Of a DNA stretch of 64,000 bases, positions 36,293 through 59,607 are shown in pieces (the stretch's first letter is position 1; every line of letters begins with the position of its first letter). The stretch spans positions 4,449,957-4,513,956 of the forward strand of contig CM082591.2 in assembly GCA_040954595.2 (NCBI GenBank), read 5' to 3'. Made by a program: the position numbers and the translations under genes. The DNA comes from Balanoglossus misakiensis. Its lineage: Eukaryota; Animalia; Hemichordata. Below the pieces are notes generated by a model. It did no database searches. It saw nothing but the letters and a program-made list of their open reading frames with translations, and was not told the DNA's origin.

Positions 36293-39200
36293 ATGGATCC
36301 ACAGAAAATGAGCCGGGCCGTGTTCGCAAGACAACCAGGTATACGAAATTGATTATTAGAAATGTACTACATGAAATGAAATGTGCATACACCATCACTT
36401 GCCTTACACAATGTTACAGCATCCGTGCATTTTTAACTTTCCTGCTTCTAAACATTAGGAAAGGAAATTGTCAATGTGATGTACGTTATTTGATAAAATA
36501 TCCTTCAGCCTGCAGTCTGTATTGCAGTGGTATTTAACGTCGGTATAACTGCCCTGCACAGTACTAGTATTCTATTTCATATGTAACAAACACTATTATA
36601 GCATAACAATATCCTGTGGCTATGTTTTTCTTCTTTCTCAGCCCATGTTTTACTGGTTGATTTCTCCCCTCCATTTGATATTGATACATGTCACACTCTA
36701 CACCGTACATTGGAGAATTTCTTCTCGCTGGTGTGTAATCTTGGTGGGCCATGCCGCACTCCATTATTTGGACTCTATGCTCTTGGTTGCTATCCTGAGG
36801 TGAGAGAATATATCATGGAAATCACTGGAGAAAGATTTGTAAGACTGTCTCAAAGTGCTTTCTATATTCAAAGTCGTATCTTGTTTCACTTAGTGTTAAT
36901 TCTTTTTTTTTTCTTTCACAGTGTTTATTTCCACTGCAGCATGTAAGAGGCAGCTTTCCGAGGCTTTACACTGCCTTCAGTGAGCTGAAAAATTATTTAT
37001 CAGATGGCAATGGTATTGCAACCAAGAACTACAACTGCATCGTGCAAGGTGTGAGAGAGGCTGTTTTACAGTTCAACAGACAGTCTCAGACATTTAGACA
37101 GGTGTGTGGCAGTCATGATTACACTGTCTGGAAGTCCAAGATTACTAGTTTTACTAAAAACAAGAATGATGATTGCAGTGCAGAGTGTCACAGAACCACT
37201 AATACCATGACAACAATCAGCAGACAATTTCAGATTTTTAGTAAACCAAGGGAAATAAGACCTGGAAAAGGGGTTTAAACGAAATATTGTCTGTTTTCTT
37301 TCTGTTTCAGGTGGCTGGTTTTAGCTGCCAGCTTGAAGTAACAATCATCACAGCTCACCAGGCACCTGTTATAAGTAAACACATTGAAACAGTCACTGGT
37401 ACTATGGATCTAGAAAATCTCAAGGTAAATTATGAACATCCCCACCCCCAACTTACTATTGCATTGGGAAGTCATTATTTAATTTCTAACTAATACTTTC
37501 TGACTAATAAAGTAGTTTAGCAGTCAAAGTGCTTTTGTTTCCGATTTATTGTAGAAAATCCAAGTAGTGTCAGTGAGTGATCCAAACAACCTGATCTTAG
37601 CAGAAGATGACTTGTTCGATGCCAGTCAAAGTAGTAATACCACCTCTACATCCAGTGATAATGCCATCTGTAGTATCATTGATCTTATCAATATTGATAA
37701 CGGTAAGATTTGAATTTCTAAATTCCATAATGCTTATTACAGAATGCTATATACTCTCTGTGGTTTATTTATTAACCACAGCAGATGCAGTATATGTAAA
37801 CCCTTGTGTGCTACTTTATTTTGACAGATGAACTGAGTCTGGAGAATTTCTTCAAAAGCTGGCTTCATGACTGTGGCACTGACAGAGAACATCTTCATTT
37901 AAGCTTACCATCAGTGTCAGTGATCAGCGAGGGTAAGTCATATAACGTCACCTTGTGATTTAAAGCCCATCTTCATCAATATGTGTCTAACCTCAACAAG
38001 GAAAACAACGGTATTGTACCAAACAGTGATGGCAAGAGGATGTACATATGCATAGTATGGAACGGTATCATGTCCACTGTTTTTCATTGTTTGACTGGTC
38101 TTTCTTAGAATGATCATGACAAAACTCTTGTATATTAACTTTGTTTTAGGTGGAAGTAAACAGGAGAACCTCACGCTCAAATGTGATTTACATGAAAGAA
38201 TTATCAACCCAAGTCAGTTACCCTTCCAAGCCCAGTATGTAAGTATCAGTATATCTCATTATACTCCTCTCTTCTGATAAATGAGATACCCCTGCAACCT
38301 CTGTTGGTGCCTGGTTTACAGAATTTTCTTTCCACTGTGTATTAATTCCCCTGTTAGAGTCTGCATATGGATGCAGTGAATGCCAAGCCTATCATGTCAT
38401 CGGCTGTCAATAAGGGCAGTGGTCCAGTGGTTCCCATTCAGAGACTGAGAGCGGTCAAACTTATCAAAAGTGACAGCATATGTGAATCTGTGGTAAGTTG
38501 GATTATTCCCGAGTGATGTGGGAAATTTGGTAAACCCCGCAAACTTGTTGGAAGTTGTGAGAAACGGCAGCTCCCTACAGTAATAATCATATTCTGTACA
38601 TAATCTCATGATGTTATATTTTCAGTTATATGGTATGCCACTGATAGTCAGACCAACTGCATGCTGGAAGCTAGACTGGGAGGAACTTGATACAAACCAA
38701 CAGAATTTCCAAGCCTTATGCCAATTACTCCAAGATAAGGTATTCATTCTACAATAAGTATTGTCATTTACACATATAGCTCAGCTAAATGAAATTAAAT
38801 TCAGTGGTTTCAGAGAATATTCGTGTGGTCACTGTACTCAATTCTGAGATAATTGATAAACTCTGTTGAATATTTTTGCCCATAGATAAACCATTGGTGA
38901 AAAATGCTGTCATTTTTCCATTATCGAATTTTTTCTTCCCAATCCAACAGGAACTCTTCCTGTTAGCACAGATGGAAGAAACAGAAGAGAGACCCAAGCC
39001 TAATTCTTTCAACTATCGACCAAACCCTCCAAAACCCAGCGGCCATTTCCTACTGCTGCCATCTCAAAGCATGACTCTACTCATCAAATCTGTGGCAGTC
39101 AGTGAGCTGATGCTGCCCTGTGATTTCCAAGTGCCAACGGATAAACCACTCAGCGATGCCATCAATCTCTTGTCAGATTCACTTACTCAGGTCAGAAATG

Positions 39201-39791
39201 TGCAATATACTGACATTAAGTTTTCTACCATAAACCGATTTCACAAGTTCTGTTGATTCAACAGGATAGATGTACAAACTGCTAGAAGTTTCTGAATCTC
39301 AGCATCTTTTTGCTCTCTTTTTTTGCAGTTGGAAGTCGATGAATCCTTCAATCCCTTGCTGAGTAAATCTCACTTATGTAGAAGTCTGACAAGTTCACTC
39401 ATGAAGAACATAAACACAAGCAGACAGCAGAAGAGAAAACCAAGCATTTATGATTCTCAGGTAAGAACTGAAAATCAGTGTATTAGTGTCACCAGTTGTA
39501 TCCTAGGGTACCCTGATGCGTTCTATACTGTTGCATTTGCCCCCTCTGTTTCAGACATCACAACCCACAAGTCAGTGGAACAGAGGAAAGGGAAGGGGTA
39601 GTCGAGGCTCGCACAGCAACCGAGGCCAGACCAAAAGCCAGTACCCACCCCTAGCCACACACCCCACAAACAGAACCACAGGTTCCGTACCCAGCCAACA
39701 GAAGCGATACTGTCCACCACCACCACCTATGTCTTCATCACAGGATCTTTATGCTTTCCAGGACTTTGACGACTTCCCTACTGAGCTCTAG
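36293..39791 (+). CDS. M1AP: Meiosis 1 arrest protein homologue, multi-exon
   Basis: LENFFSLVCNLGGPCRTPLFGLY, FFKSWLHDCGTDREHLHL, LKCDLHERII and LYGMPLIVRPTACWKLDWEELDTNQQNFQALC resemble vertebrate M1AP blocks as recalled. AATAAA at 39910. Confidence 0.85.
38755..38915. mobile_element. Internal fragment related to the 30633-31054 element, in an M1AP intron
   Basis: Shares TTTTGCCCATAGA(C/T)AAACCATTGGTGAAAAATGCTG and upstream TATTGTCATTT...ATAGCTCAG. Confidence 0.7.
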
Positions 39792-40250
39792 TTACCTCTC
39801 CTCAGTCAAACTACAGTAATATAGGTATTTAAATTAATGTTCATTTACTGAAAAAGTATAATTACCCTATTGGAATTAGATGTTCACTTTAATATTGTCT
39901 TCCAGTTCCAATAAAGAAACAACAAACTAAAGTATAGTTTATAATTTTTATTAAGTGAAATACAACTATCTGTGGTTCAGCTCAAAGCACATGTACACAA
40001 AACACTAGACACAGGAAAACTAATATTAAACATACAAATTGAACATTGCATCGAATAAAATCATCTTTGAAATGCACCATTAGGAAGAGCCATGGCAAAT
40101 GCATAATCACAATTCATGTTTGTACAAAGGGATGATTGTGTTTGTATACCATTTTCGATAATTTTATATTTGAAAGAATAGGACTGTTTTAACGAATAGA
40201 GGTCAAGATCTCCAGTAACAGGTTAAAATTACTTCTGTTGTCATGGTAGG

Positions 40251-40340
40251 AACCGTTCACCCCCAGTTCCCTCTTTAGAGGTCCTACCTTACCATAGAAA
40301 ACAAAGGATTTGGACTGGACCATAGTGGTGAAAGGGTTAA
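40251..40340 (+). mobile_element. piggyBac-like MITE copy in the probable DDB1 3' UTR
   Basis: High similarity to 32141-32233; left end degraded. Confidence 0.8.
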
Positions 40341-40909
40341 GCATTGGGGCGATACCGAAAAATATAACTGTACACCACCATGAAATGCGCAAAATAACAA
40401 TACAGGGTTCACTGTGAGATTTACATTCTTAAACGTTTTGTCAACATCCTGCTACATCATAATTGAAATTCTTAAACAAAATTACCAATGCCTTCATCAT
40501 GCACAGTCATTAGTAGTGGTAGATGACTTGTGTATTGGGACAGAGCACAAATAAGTTTTTGTTAGTGGTAAAAAAATTCGTCAGAATTGTGTCAATGCCC
40601 TTTGCAGTTTCTAAAAAAGACTCGTGATTTTTCGGTGTGGGTTACAAGGCAATTATCAAGCAGAATATTTGCAATGACCTACTGGAGGTTATTATACTTG
40701 GTATATACCCTGTCAAATGACCCTATAGACATATCACAGCCTTCAACTTTGAAAGATATACTCAAGGAGGGTTTACGCAACAGTCAGTTCTATGTGATGA
40801 TGCAATGTCAGACTAGGACGACAGCCAATGGGGACAGTGGATAGCCACATCAGCAGGAAGAGATGCACCATGGGATTGAGGGTTTCTTCACCAATCACTG
40901 CGGCTCTCA

Positions 40910-49628
<8,719 letters not shown>

Positions 49629-49800
49629 TTTTACTGATGGACAACCCGTCTAGAACTTCAAATTCACTGCCTCTCAAGGTGCAATCGATGAAAATGGCGA
49701 AGCCGGCAATGTACGCATGCGTGGCGCGAAACCCAACGTTGCACCCATCTGGCCATTGAGGGCTCACTTCTTGTCACACTGGCCACCTTGGCCAAAGTTC
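49629..49800. promoter_or_regulatory. DDB1 proximal promoter / 5' region
   Basis: CpG-rich; AAAATGGCG (YY1-like, 49691), CGCATGCG (NRF1-like, 49714), GGCGCGAAA (E2F-like, 49723-49731). Confidence 0.5.
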
Positions 49801-52453
49801 AAAACACGTGCGTAAATTTTAATATTTTCTCGGTAATATCGATGTCATCGACTTGATTTTTTTTTTCGTGTGTACAACCAAATTCAAACTCGTACCCAGA
49901 TTTCACTCGGACGCTATATACCTCTCCGATCCGCTTGAAAAATTAAACCATAAACAGTAGAGGGGATTATTAAACCCACGCACCATCCACCCACCTAGTA
50001 CCTGGTATACTAATATCCTTGGTGTACACGTGCTACTATGATCAGATAATGACGTCATATCCAATTTGCTTTATGACGTGATTGTTAATAATTTTACTCA
50101 TAATTCAACAACTTTCAAATTCCATTGATGGCTTCGGTCGGTCGGGTCATGCACTTAGTACCTGCGTACCGGTGTATCAATTATGACAGACCTAGTACAC
50201 CACTTCATGCTTACGTCACACTACGTGCGACTTCCCAGGTAAATGTAAACAACACTCTCACGAGGGGGTTTACATTCTGGAGTCTGCGCGTGCGTAAATA
50301 CCTGAAATTAATAGTTACGTCGGCATGTCTTTACCCCGATAGGCTCTTTTAGTGAGATCATCCGTAGTCCCACGCAAATTGTAGCTTTTTATATGCACTG
50401 GAGGTCATGATGACTTTGAAAACAAGAACGTACGCGAGCGCTGACATCATTCTGTGGTGACCCAACTTCGTCCCAGGAAATGGGTCAGTCATGCAATACA
50501 TTGTTAGGATCCGCCGTGGCCACATGATGACTCAGATTATAGTTCCTGCAGCTTTAGTGTAATAATGTTCCGTCTGAAACGCACGTATTTGGACTTTTTG
50601 CCATTCGACGTCACTAAATTTTACTATCATAATTTTTTGCCATCGTGGGAGAAACTACGAAAGTGAAATTTAGAAGTACGATTCATAATCACATCCCATA
50701 GTCGCCAGTAAACCTATGATTTCTCTGTCAAATCCCCGTCAAGGATGAACTTATGCGATAGAATGAAAACCATAAGCAATATAGAAATTGATCCACTGTA
50801 AAGAATCGTTTCCGATATTCATTAAAATTTTCGCACTGATGAAAAATTAAAATCTGTTGCAGAATAAAACTTCATTCAGTATTTGTGTGTACGCGTTTTC
50901 CTAAAGTACCAGCCGAAAACCATTAGTTCAATATGAACTTTCTCGGAAAAAAGAAATATTGTAAAAGTATGATGTCCTAAAGGATAGTTCCTGTTATGCG
51001 TTGTTTCCTAATTTCGGAACTGAAGTTGGCGTGTGCGGTGAAATTAAAACAGTGAATACTTGTACTTCTTCTGACCTGGAGGAAGTGAGACTTATTTGTT
51101 TTCGGTGGATTCAAATTACGCTGCGAAATAATTAAAATAAATTATAATGGAAAAGCATAACTGAAAATACATCTGAAAGCGTACTTTATATATTAATTTT
51201 TCTTCTTACAGTTGGACGGCATGTCACAGCGAGCCGCAGCAGCTTAATAAAAACATTCAGTGTTCCTTTTAAATTAATTCCTACAAGGGAGTTCAAATTG
51301 AGAAAAAAAAACTGACAGAATAACATGTTTCGTCATTTCATCTTATACTCAAACTCTGTCGAATTGGGACGGGAAAGAAAGATTCGTATGGAACTTGTCA
51401 TGACCTGGCACAGAAAGTTAGCACTGAAAACAATGGTTGAGAATTTGCATGTGTTAAATATCATAATGAATAGCCATTGTCACCGAAAATGTGTTGAGTG
51501 AAAGCACAATGATATAAGCTCATATAACTGTCACTAAGTATATTAAACTGAGGTGAACTGGAATTGAACGGCTGAGCTGTGAAGTGCCTCTTGTGATAAT
51601 TTGTATAACCTAATATCTGTGTATCCAACCACCGGGACACTTTTTAGGAATGCGGTCAATGCCATAGGTGAGAAATGTAAACACAAACAAATTCCCCGTT
51701 ACACATCCCTTTTTATGGTCAATACAGTTCCTTATTTACCACTGATTAAAGTTTGCAAAGAACTTTATTCGTCTCCAGTCGACCGCGGGATTTACGTGAT
51801 TGAAAGTTGGTCTGCGAATGAATGCGCCCCCTGTCGATGTACGTGTAAAGAAGATACTCTCTCGTTTTTATGCGCATAAGATTATTTCAGCCGATAGGGG
51901 AGCATTATTGACAGTCTGTAAGTTTGGACCTGCGATTGACAAAAACATGTGTTCTGGTTTCACATGTAACCTCGCTTTTTTAATCGTAAAAGAATGAAAC
52001 TTTATGCCTTTAAGTTTTAATTTTCCATTATGCAAATAAGCGAGAGGAATGTCACACTGGGGGTGGGGTCATCGCAAGGCATGTCGGTCCAATGCTAAGG
52101 CCAGAGCCCTTCTCCGCTGATTTCGCGGCGTTTTACGGTACCCCGAATGCGAGGATTTTACGCTGTTTCCCCGGGAATGGCATCTTTCTAGGAATTTCGT
52201 GTGTTGTTCTGGTATTTCAGGAGATCGCCGGTGTGTGGATCAAGCATGGTGTGACCGAGGGAGAGCGGGAAAAGGCGTCTTGATTTGCGACCCGAGCTTT
52301 AATGTTTATCTACTGTAGTTCTTGTGCTTAGGGTTTTTATATACACAGAGATCTGAGTGAATTTGTGAACGGGGGATAAGCTACCGGTGTCGGGATAATT
52401 TTTCGCCGGGCGCGCGTTGGAGGGGAATTTATTCTTGTTCACGATAGACAACA

Positions 52454-52693
52454 ATGATGTGTGACGTTATGCCCACAATTTCAGAAGATTCCTCCAGCCA
52501 GCGGGGATCGCAGTGCAGCGAGAATGACTCTAACTTCGAACAGTTGATGGTCAATATGCTCGACGAGCGCGACAAGCTGATGGAAACGTTGCGAGAGACT
52601 CAAGAAAGTCTGCTGGAGACGCAAGACCGAATGTGCATCGCAGAGCGGGAGCGCGACTCCCTGCAGAAGCAGATCTCCAGTAATTTGCCACAG
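52454..52693 (+). CDS. PPFIA: Liprin-alpha first coding exon; gene continues beyond the window
   Basis: MMCDVMPTISED...NFEQLMVNMLDERDKLMETLRETQESL is the liprin-alpha N-terminus. Donor CAG|GTAGGT at 52693/52694. Confidence 0.93.
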
Positions 52694-55600
52694 GTAGGTT
52701 ACCTGCCTCAGGTTCCCCGGCCCCCGGCAGGGTCGACGGCGATCAGCTGGCGGAGGCAGGCACACACACACACACACATGATTCCCCGATCAGGACTGTG
52801 GCCCCCTCGCCTCTCATACACTAAACACTTGGTCAGCCATCTTGAAATCATAGTAAGCAGCCAGCGAAGAGATCCGATCACACCTCCCCGTTCCTCTACC
52901 CGATCGGCGAGATCCATTTCTCTTACAGCCCTCCTCACAGTCCCTCCAACGACCCCACCAATCGGTGGGACGGGGACAGAAACAGTCCCACCACAGGAAG
53001 CGTGGCATTTCACAGGGGCAGGGGGGCGTTCTCAGAAAAGAAATCGACAAAGCCAAGAAATTTGCATGTGAAACGGAGCAGTGACATTTACCCCTGAAAT
53101 GTACATGGGTATTACTTTTGCGGTTTTCTGACTCACAGCCCCTTTTTTTTCTCCGCATTCCCCAAGTACATCACTATATTAGAATATGACCCCAATGTCG
53201 ATGTCACCGACACATATTTTATTCGTCAATCAATGACAGGTGATATTTTGGCCTCACTCGTGTGCATAAGAATTTTTCAAGTGATGTGAATACGTTGAAA
53301 TGAATACCTATATCTGGGTCCCTAAGTGTGAACTCTCTTAGTTTTATTTTCCCGGAATTTTATTCACCGGCTGATTTTTCCTGCTTGTGGTGGATGAATT
53401 CGAGTCTGATGAAGCCATAGAAGACTCAAGTTGACAAATAAACACTAGGAGAGTTTCTACACAAAGGGGTAATACCTTAGGAATTATTTTAAACCCTTAT
53501 TATCAACATTCTTAATTATAATTGAGTGATAATGGTAGGGGATGTGTTTTTTAGCCTGGAGTTATGAAAAGAGAATACCTGCATTATGGAACACTAAGCT
53601 GGTTTGATCATCGCCAATTAATGTTTTATCGCCGGAATTAATCTGAAAAAATGTTTTTAGGGTGGATTAGGCCTGTCAGTGGGTTACTGAGTGCTGAGGT
53701 ACAGTGGAAGTGTTACCCATAATGGCAGGTGAAAATTAATGTAGAACTACGCATGCTTCGACTATGAGCAATTTTGAGGTGTTGTTATAATATGTTGCCC
53801 CTGAGCTGATATATATATCCTCAGGCACAGCATAGTTACAATTGACTGTATTAGACTTCTGGGCCCGCCTTTTTAAAGGCCCAGTCCTATATCCCTGGGT
53901 CACCACATTCAGGCTTATTGATACTGAACATTCACAGTGTGTCTGGGCTTTATTTCCATTTTAATGATTCAGTTGCAGAATCCATCTCTTTTGACTATAT
54001 TTCAACGATCTGAATATAAGTAAGGTATTAATGAAAAGAATATAAAATAACAGAAATCCTAATTATTTATCAAGATTAAAAAATGAACGGCTGACCAGAC
54101 TAGTATTAATTAAAATGACTACTTGGATATGTTAATGCAATGCACTACCAAGATCATTACGGGTTGAAAAGTCCTACATCTCAGCTTAATGGGAGTACAC
54201 ATACCAGTCTATGTAGGTCTCACTGAGTATGTACTTCTATAGGCTGTGTAGGTGTGTATTAAAACCACTCTGGCTTACAGAGTTAAAGAGACGTGGGTGC
54301 CACCTTCAATCGTGTGCCGACTTATCTCGTTACAGCGTAACATTTATACCTGTGTCAATATTCTACCCTCTGAGGGTTTCCGAAAGGGCAAGGAAGCAGC
54401 ATTTACCAGAGGGTCGCATAAGGGGACATCTTTGGTAGGTGTCTCTCTGATTGGTCGAGAAGGACGAATTACAGGCAGGCAACCAATCAGATGCCACTAA
54501 ATATGTACAAGCCATAAAGAAAAAAGTTTTTGTTTCTCACTCACTGTGCAAGTCAATTTTCTAAGACGTTGATCTGGTGCAGTAATTTGATGTAATGAAT
54601 GAGAAATTATGTTTGAGTGAGAAATATTGTCATTTTTTGTAGCCGTTGGCAGACATGAACTGATGGTAATCACGGAAGTGATACAGGTCGAGCAAAAGGA
54701 AAGGGTTGTCGTGGTTATCTGAGATAAGCCAAGACAAGGTTTTACATTACAGTTGACCTGTGTTATTTCCCTGTATAATCTCTGTCACATTCATGAATGA
54801 AATTTAAAAGTCGGGAGATTTTTACTCCCTCTCCGCAAATCAGCTTGCAAAAATGTAATTATGGATGGGAGTTGATGATGCAATAAAATCTCTACAAGAG
54901 ATCTTCAAAGCTTTTGCAATTACATACACCCTACATGTACATGTGGAAATCCCAGAGAAAAAGATTTTCTTGCATACACATTCTAAACAAATAAAAATAA
55001 GCTACAAGTTCTATTCTATAAATATTGAATTTATGTAATGAAATCAGTTTCAGTACAAGTGTTTGGCATCCAGTAATCTGGTCTCTGTTATTTGTTCAGA
55101 AAAAGCTGTGATAATACACGTAGGTGAGATTATCAAGATCGACCTTTGATTTTCAAGAAATCCATAGAGCTGATGACATTGGTTATAAACAGTCCAAGAT
55201 GTGTCATTTTGGGCACAGGCAATGTATGTGTAATAGTGTCACTGATAAGATCACGATCACAGTCTTTCTGATTATTTCATGACAAAGTTGATATTATTAT
55301 ACTTGTAAATGGCTAACACTGGGCTGATTGATTGTTAGCACTGTGTTAGCTTATCGTAAAAGAACACTTGGTCTGTACTGTAATTGATATGATTGGGGAC
55401 CAGACAGCTATAAATTAAATGACAATTCGTGAAGCAGTATTGCATTTTTCGTTTCCTGAAAGAGGTGAGATATCTATTAATTTTTCGGACAGGTGTATAG
55501 TTGCCATTTCAGTGTACTGTCATTGGAGACAATGCAATCGTGTCCTTGCAGCAACACTAGATTTCAATAAAAATTCTCTCGGTAATCACTTAACGATGTC

Positions 55601-56618
55601 TGAATGACTGGCAACATTGCTGAGTGCATTGCCATTGGGCTGTCTGGTTGTCAAACGTGACGAGTGTGAGAATCTCTCGAATTCTTTGAGCGGTTGAAAG
55701 TTTAACCTTGGAGTGACCTTGAAGTATTTCCTGCTCGAGAAAACGTCTTGTCTTGATCGTTTAACCGTTCAGGTTTTAGCTGCTGATACTTCTTGATTTC
55801 AAAAGTCTGTTGATGCATAAAGTGGCACTGTGGAGGTCGCAAGCGATTCTGTAAAATATAAAAATAAAATCTGTATTACGGTAGACGCAAGTGAAATGAA
55901 CAGATCAAGCGTACGCAAATGATTTGTCTGTTGTGTTGACATACAATGTACCAAGTTCTGGCTGACTGACTGATGAGCAAGACTCAAGCAACCAACAGTC
56001 TGTCACATTAACATTTGAAAGTTCAGTCGGGCAGTGGACATTTTGTCCTCTAACAAACATAATTGTTAAAATCTTTGTGTCAATTTGATTTCTAAAAAAA
56101 TTCTCTGAGTCAGCCCTATACCTTTGCATGCAGTGTGTTAATGTTTTTGAGTCACCAGTGAGTTTGTTGAGCCAGTGGCACATCGTATTAGCTTATAGAG
56201 GGCAAACTGATGATCCATATTTGTCCACCACTGTGCAATATTGTATCAAACCGACCTACGTACGTGTACTTCATAAAAGTAGGATGGCCCAGCAGACGAC
56301 AATGTTGAATTCGAAAAGTGCAGATCACTGCATTGTGGCGTCCCCCACCCACACTAGTTCATGTATTAACGTATGACCTTTAGATGAAGAAAATAGCTGG
56401 CAGGCGGTTAAAATAACCATCTTTGCTCCCAAAAATGCTGGCTGTCATTAATTTAGGTGAATGGAAATTTCCCCTCCCACACCTCCCCTCCCCCGTGGCT
56501 TGAAGGAGCTCCTCAGGACATGAAAATATGGTTAGAATACAAATTTATTTATTTTGATGGCAGCAACGAAATGTTTACTCAGGCTGTAATCAAAAGAGAG
56601 ACAGGATTTCAGATGCAT

Positions 56619-56967
56619 TTAAAGCCCCTATAGCTGCCAAATGTCACATATTTTTTTTCACAATAAAATTCTTCAAATAAACTCTAAAATCCTCATCATT
56701 AAACCATATAACTTGCATTTGCATGAGTTTGTCATCTCTTGACAATGCATACCATGATAGCTGCATACTGTTTATGTGAAGGTTGATTAAATCGGTGTGG
56801 CACCTGTTTAATACATAGCGTGTTCAAATCGCAACATGCAGTCACAATCGCGCATCTATAAGGTGTTCATGTATACCTATCAGTTAGCTTATTTAGATGG
56901 ACCAATTTAAGTTGGAAAATAAAATCATGAAAATAATGCAAAAAAGTGGCAGCTCTAGAGGCTTTAA
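56619..56967. mobile_element. TTAA-flanked MITE in liprin intron
   Basis: TTAAAGCCCCTATAGCTGCCA ... TGGCAGCTCTAGAGGCTTTAA, 19/21 inverted match. Confidence 0.8.
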
Positions 56968-59457
56968 TGAAGGATTCATTTCAGTGTGTTCTTTTTGGAA
57001 TGAAATATTTGGGTGAGATTTTCAAATGGGGGGACAGAGATGTAACGAGTAAACCGTTGAAGTGGTTGGCACACTTGGATAAGAAGTTACATTGTGGATT
57101 GGATGTTGATAATCGCTGCAGTGAATGGTGGCCTGCACTTGAGGCGCTGACATTCCGTGGTGTTGGATGTCGCGGCGCGATGAACAAGGTCTCCTTGTGG
57201 CCCGGGGTTTTGGCTAACAATTATGTCGTCGGGGGTAAATTGGAAACAAAATTGGACGCGTTGAAGTAGCCAACTTGAGGGGCTTGTCCTCCGAGACAAA
57301 GGGTCGGTTTGTCTGTCGTGTTGACCCTGTGGTCGGTTTTGAGGGGGTTTTGGGAGTGTGCGGACAATCATTGGCTTTGAAGTCTTGCCTGTTGCCGATG
57401 ATGGTGTTGAAATTGACCAGCGGTTGGGGTCAGCGAGCACAATGTAGCAGTGTGGGCAAGTTCTTCCGCACGTGAGCGACGGCCGGGTTTGGTTTCTTCC
57501 CCCCGGGTGCAGGTTGCCCTGCAGAGTAAAAGAAAACCACAACATTGATTAAAAGGCGGAATGCTGACACTGAAGTCCTGTTGGGCGAGAATCACAAATT
57601 TTCGAACTCAGTTCGCAGTTGCTCTTACACAGACAGGGGTGAATTTCTGCCAGAAATGTTTACATTTCAGCAGGCTTTATGTGCAGCAAAATGTATTCTA
57701 GAACTCAAGCCACAAAATGAAATCCATGTATTTGTATAAATGGTACACTAGGTTCGAATCATTCCTAGACATGTGTCGTATTATTCCCAGCGGGAGTTTA
57801 AGTCCATGGAATTAGAACAATTTCGTGATGTACAGTAATATATTGATTTTTGTTTCCCTAAAAATGCATCTTTGATAAATGATATCGAATAAATTTTACT
57901 CAAATTAACCGACGAATTGTCTCTTTTTGGAGCTGTCAGGATGGGGAGTGTAGCCGGTAGGATTTTTAAACCGTATTTATAGGCGGCAACGTGTCTCTGA
58001 CTGTGGAATTTATTCCTGTATTGAAGTCCCTACGGCCTGCTTTCGGAATTGCTCGCCGTATTAAAATCTCCACAGCTTACCTGTGTGGGTCCGGTTATAC
58101 GCCATGATTGCAAATTATGGATGCCGGGAACGTGATGTCCGGAGAATCCATAATGTGGAATTGTGGATGTGTGTGCCGGAATTCTGAGGTGATTGGGGGG
58201 GGGGGGGGTAGGACTCTAGTTTATTGGTTTGTTGTCAATAAGACATGTACATGAATGTGTGATGCAGTGTACCCCTCCTCTAAGCCCATATGACGTGCCA
58301 CTGACTCAACAAACTCACTGGTGACTCGAATAAATTACCCACACTACATGCAAAGGTATAGGGATGACTCGTAGAAATTTTCGAAATCCCCAAATTGACT
58401 CGAAGCTTTTAAAAATTATGTTTGTTGAGGGCACACTGGTGTGTATGTGTCAGTTTTGTAGGGTTTACCATTTTTGTTTGACACGTTGTTGAGTGAGTTC
58501 ATTTGAACAGAGCGCACATGTGCTACAAATGATAAAAGCTGGTTGGTATGATCCCAAATAAATGTCACCACCTACACCCACCACCGGAAACAAGTGCATA
58601 TCAGGGAAGTCACAGAGGGGGGGTCGACAGGTTTCCTACTGAAAGCTGCAGGTTTCTGTTTTATCACACCACCACCAACAAACCCCTCTTGACCTTAAAC
58701 AGAAATTTATTTTTGGACCCAACCTGAGTCATAATGGACCGTTCAGTGAAAAATGTCCACCGTTTGTCGTAGAATTTGATGAATCGCCTGAATGATTCAC
58801 ACCACAAGCGGACTTCTTGTTGTCGTATCAAGTATGAGTCAACTGGCCGGTTCGAATGCTCGTTGACCTATTTTGTGTGGGAAAGGGGGTTAGTATTCGA
58901 ATGCAAGGGGTTTTTGTAGTGACCTGATTGCTTGGTTTGTTCGCATCGGTCGGCAAGGCCTTTGCCGATTGTTCAATCGCCATAAGAGATCAATGTATTT
59001 ACTGGCGAAAACCACACACAATGGGTCAAAGGTCACCCAGCCCCCTGTAAACTGGGTTAACTAGCTTTTTGAGATCTTGAAAGGCAAATACAATTTATGG
59101 GAGTGAGCTAAGCGGTTCTAAGTGCCCCCGACACTTTGTTCTGAGGTGGGACCCTAAAAACGGGGAAGAAAAGGGGGGAAATTTTGCTATTGGACGCTCG
59201 TGAATGCTGTGACCGTAAACTGTGTAAGACGAGGAAACTTGGTTGTTTAGAGGGTCGTTTTTTTTTTCTTCTTGTGCGTCGAACCGGTGAAAATGTGTCA
59301 ATGCGAGCGTCCAGCTGGAAGGTCTGTTTTTCTTGGCCGTGTTGTTTCTGATCATGTTGTTTTTTCGACGTCATCAAAAGTCAACCGCAAAAGTTCAAAG
59401 GTCGTGGCAAGGAATTCTGCAGGGGTTATCGGGCAAGGAGATTATTTAGCACCTGTG

Positions 59458-59607
59458 TACAGTGAAACCTGTATATAACCCGGGACCATGTGTCCTTTAT
59501 AGACAGGTAGTTGTCTATTCAAACTGTAACTTTTGTCTCAAAAGATCTGTTTTTAATGGAGAGGTGTCCTGATTAGAGATGTGTCCATAATGACAGGTTT
59601 CACTGTA
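59458..59607. mobile_element. Tc1/mariner-pogo-type MITE
   Basis: TA-CAGTGAAACCTGT ... ACAGGTTTCACTG-TA: perfect 13-bp TIR with TA target duplication. Confidence 0.85.

Noticed and set aside
52694-53071. ORF extension past the liprin-alpha donor
   Set aside because: Homology ends at a canonical donor; the remainder is low-complexity intron with a CA repeat.
56946-57595. Overlapping 100-150 aa ORFs in the liprin intron
   Set aside because: No recognisable homology or consistent splice signals.
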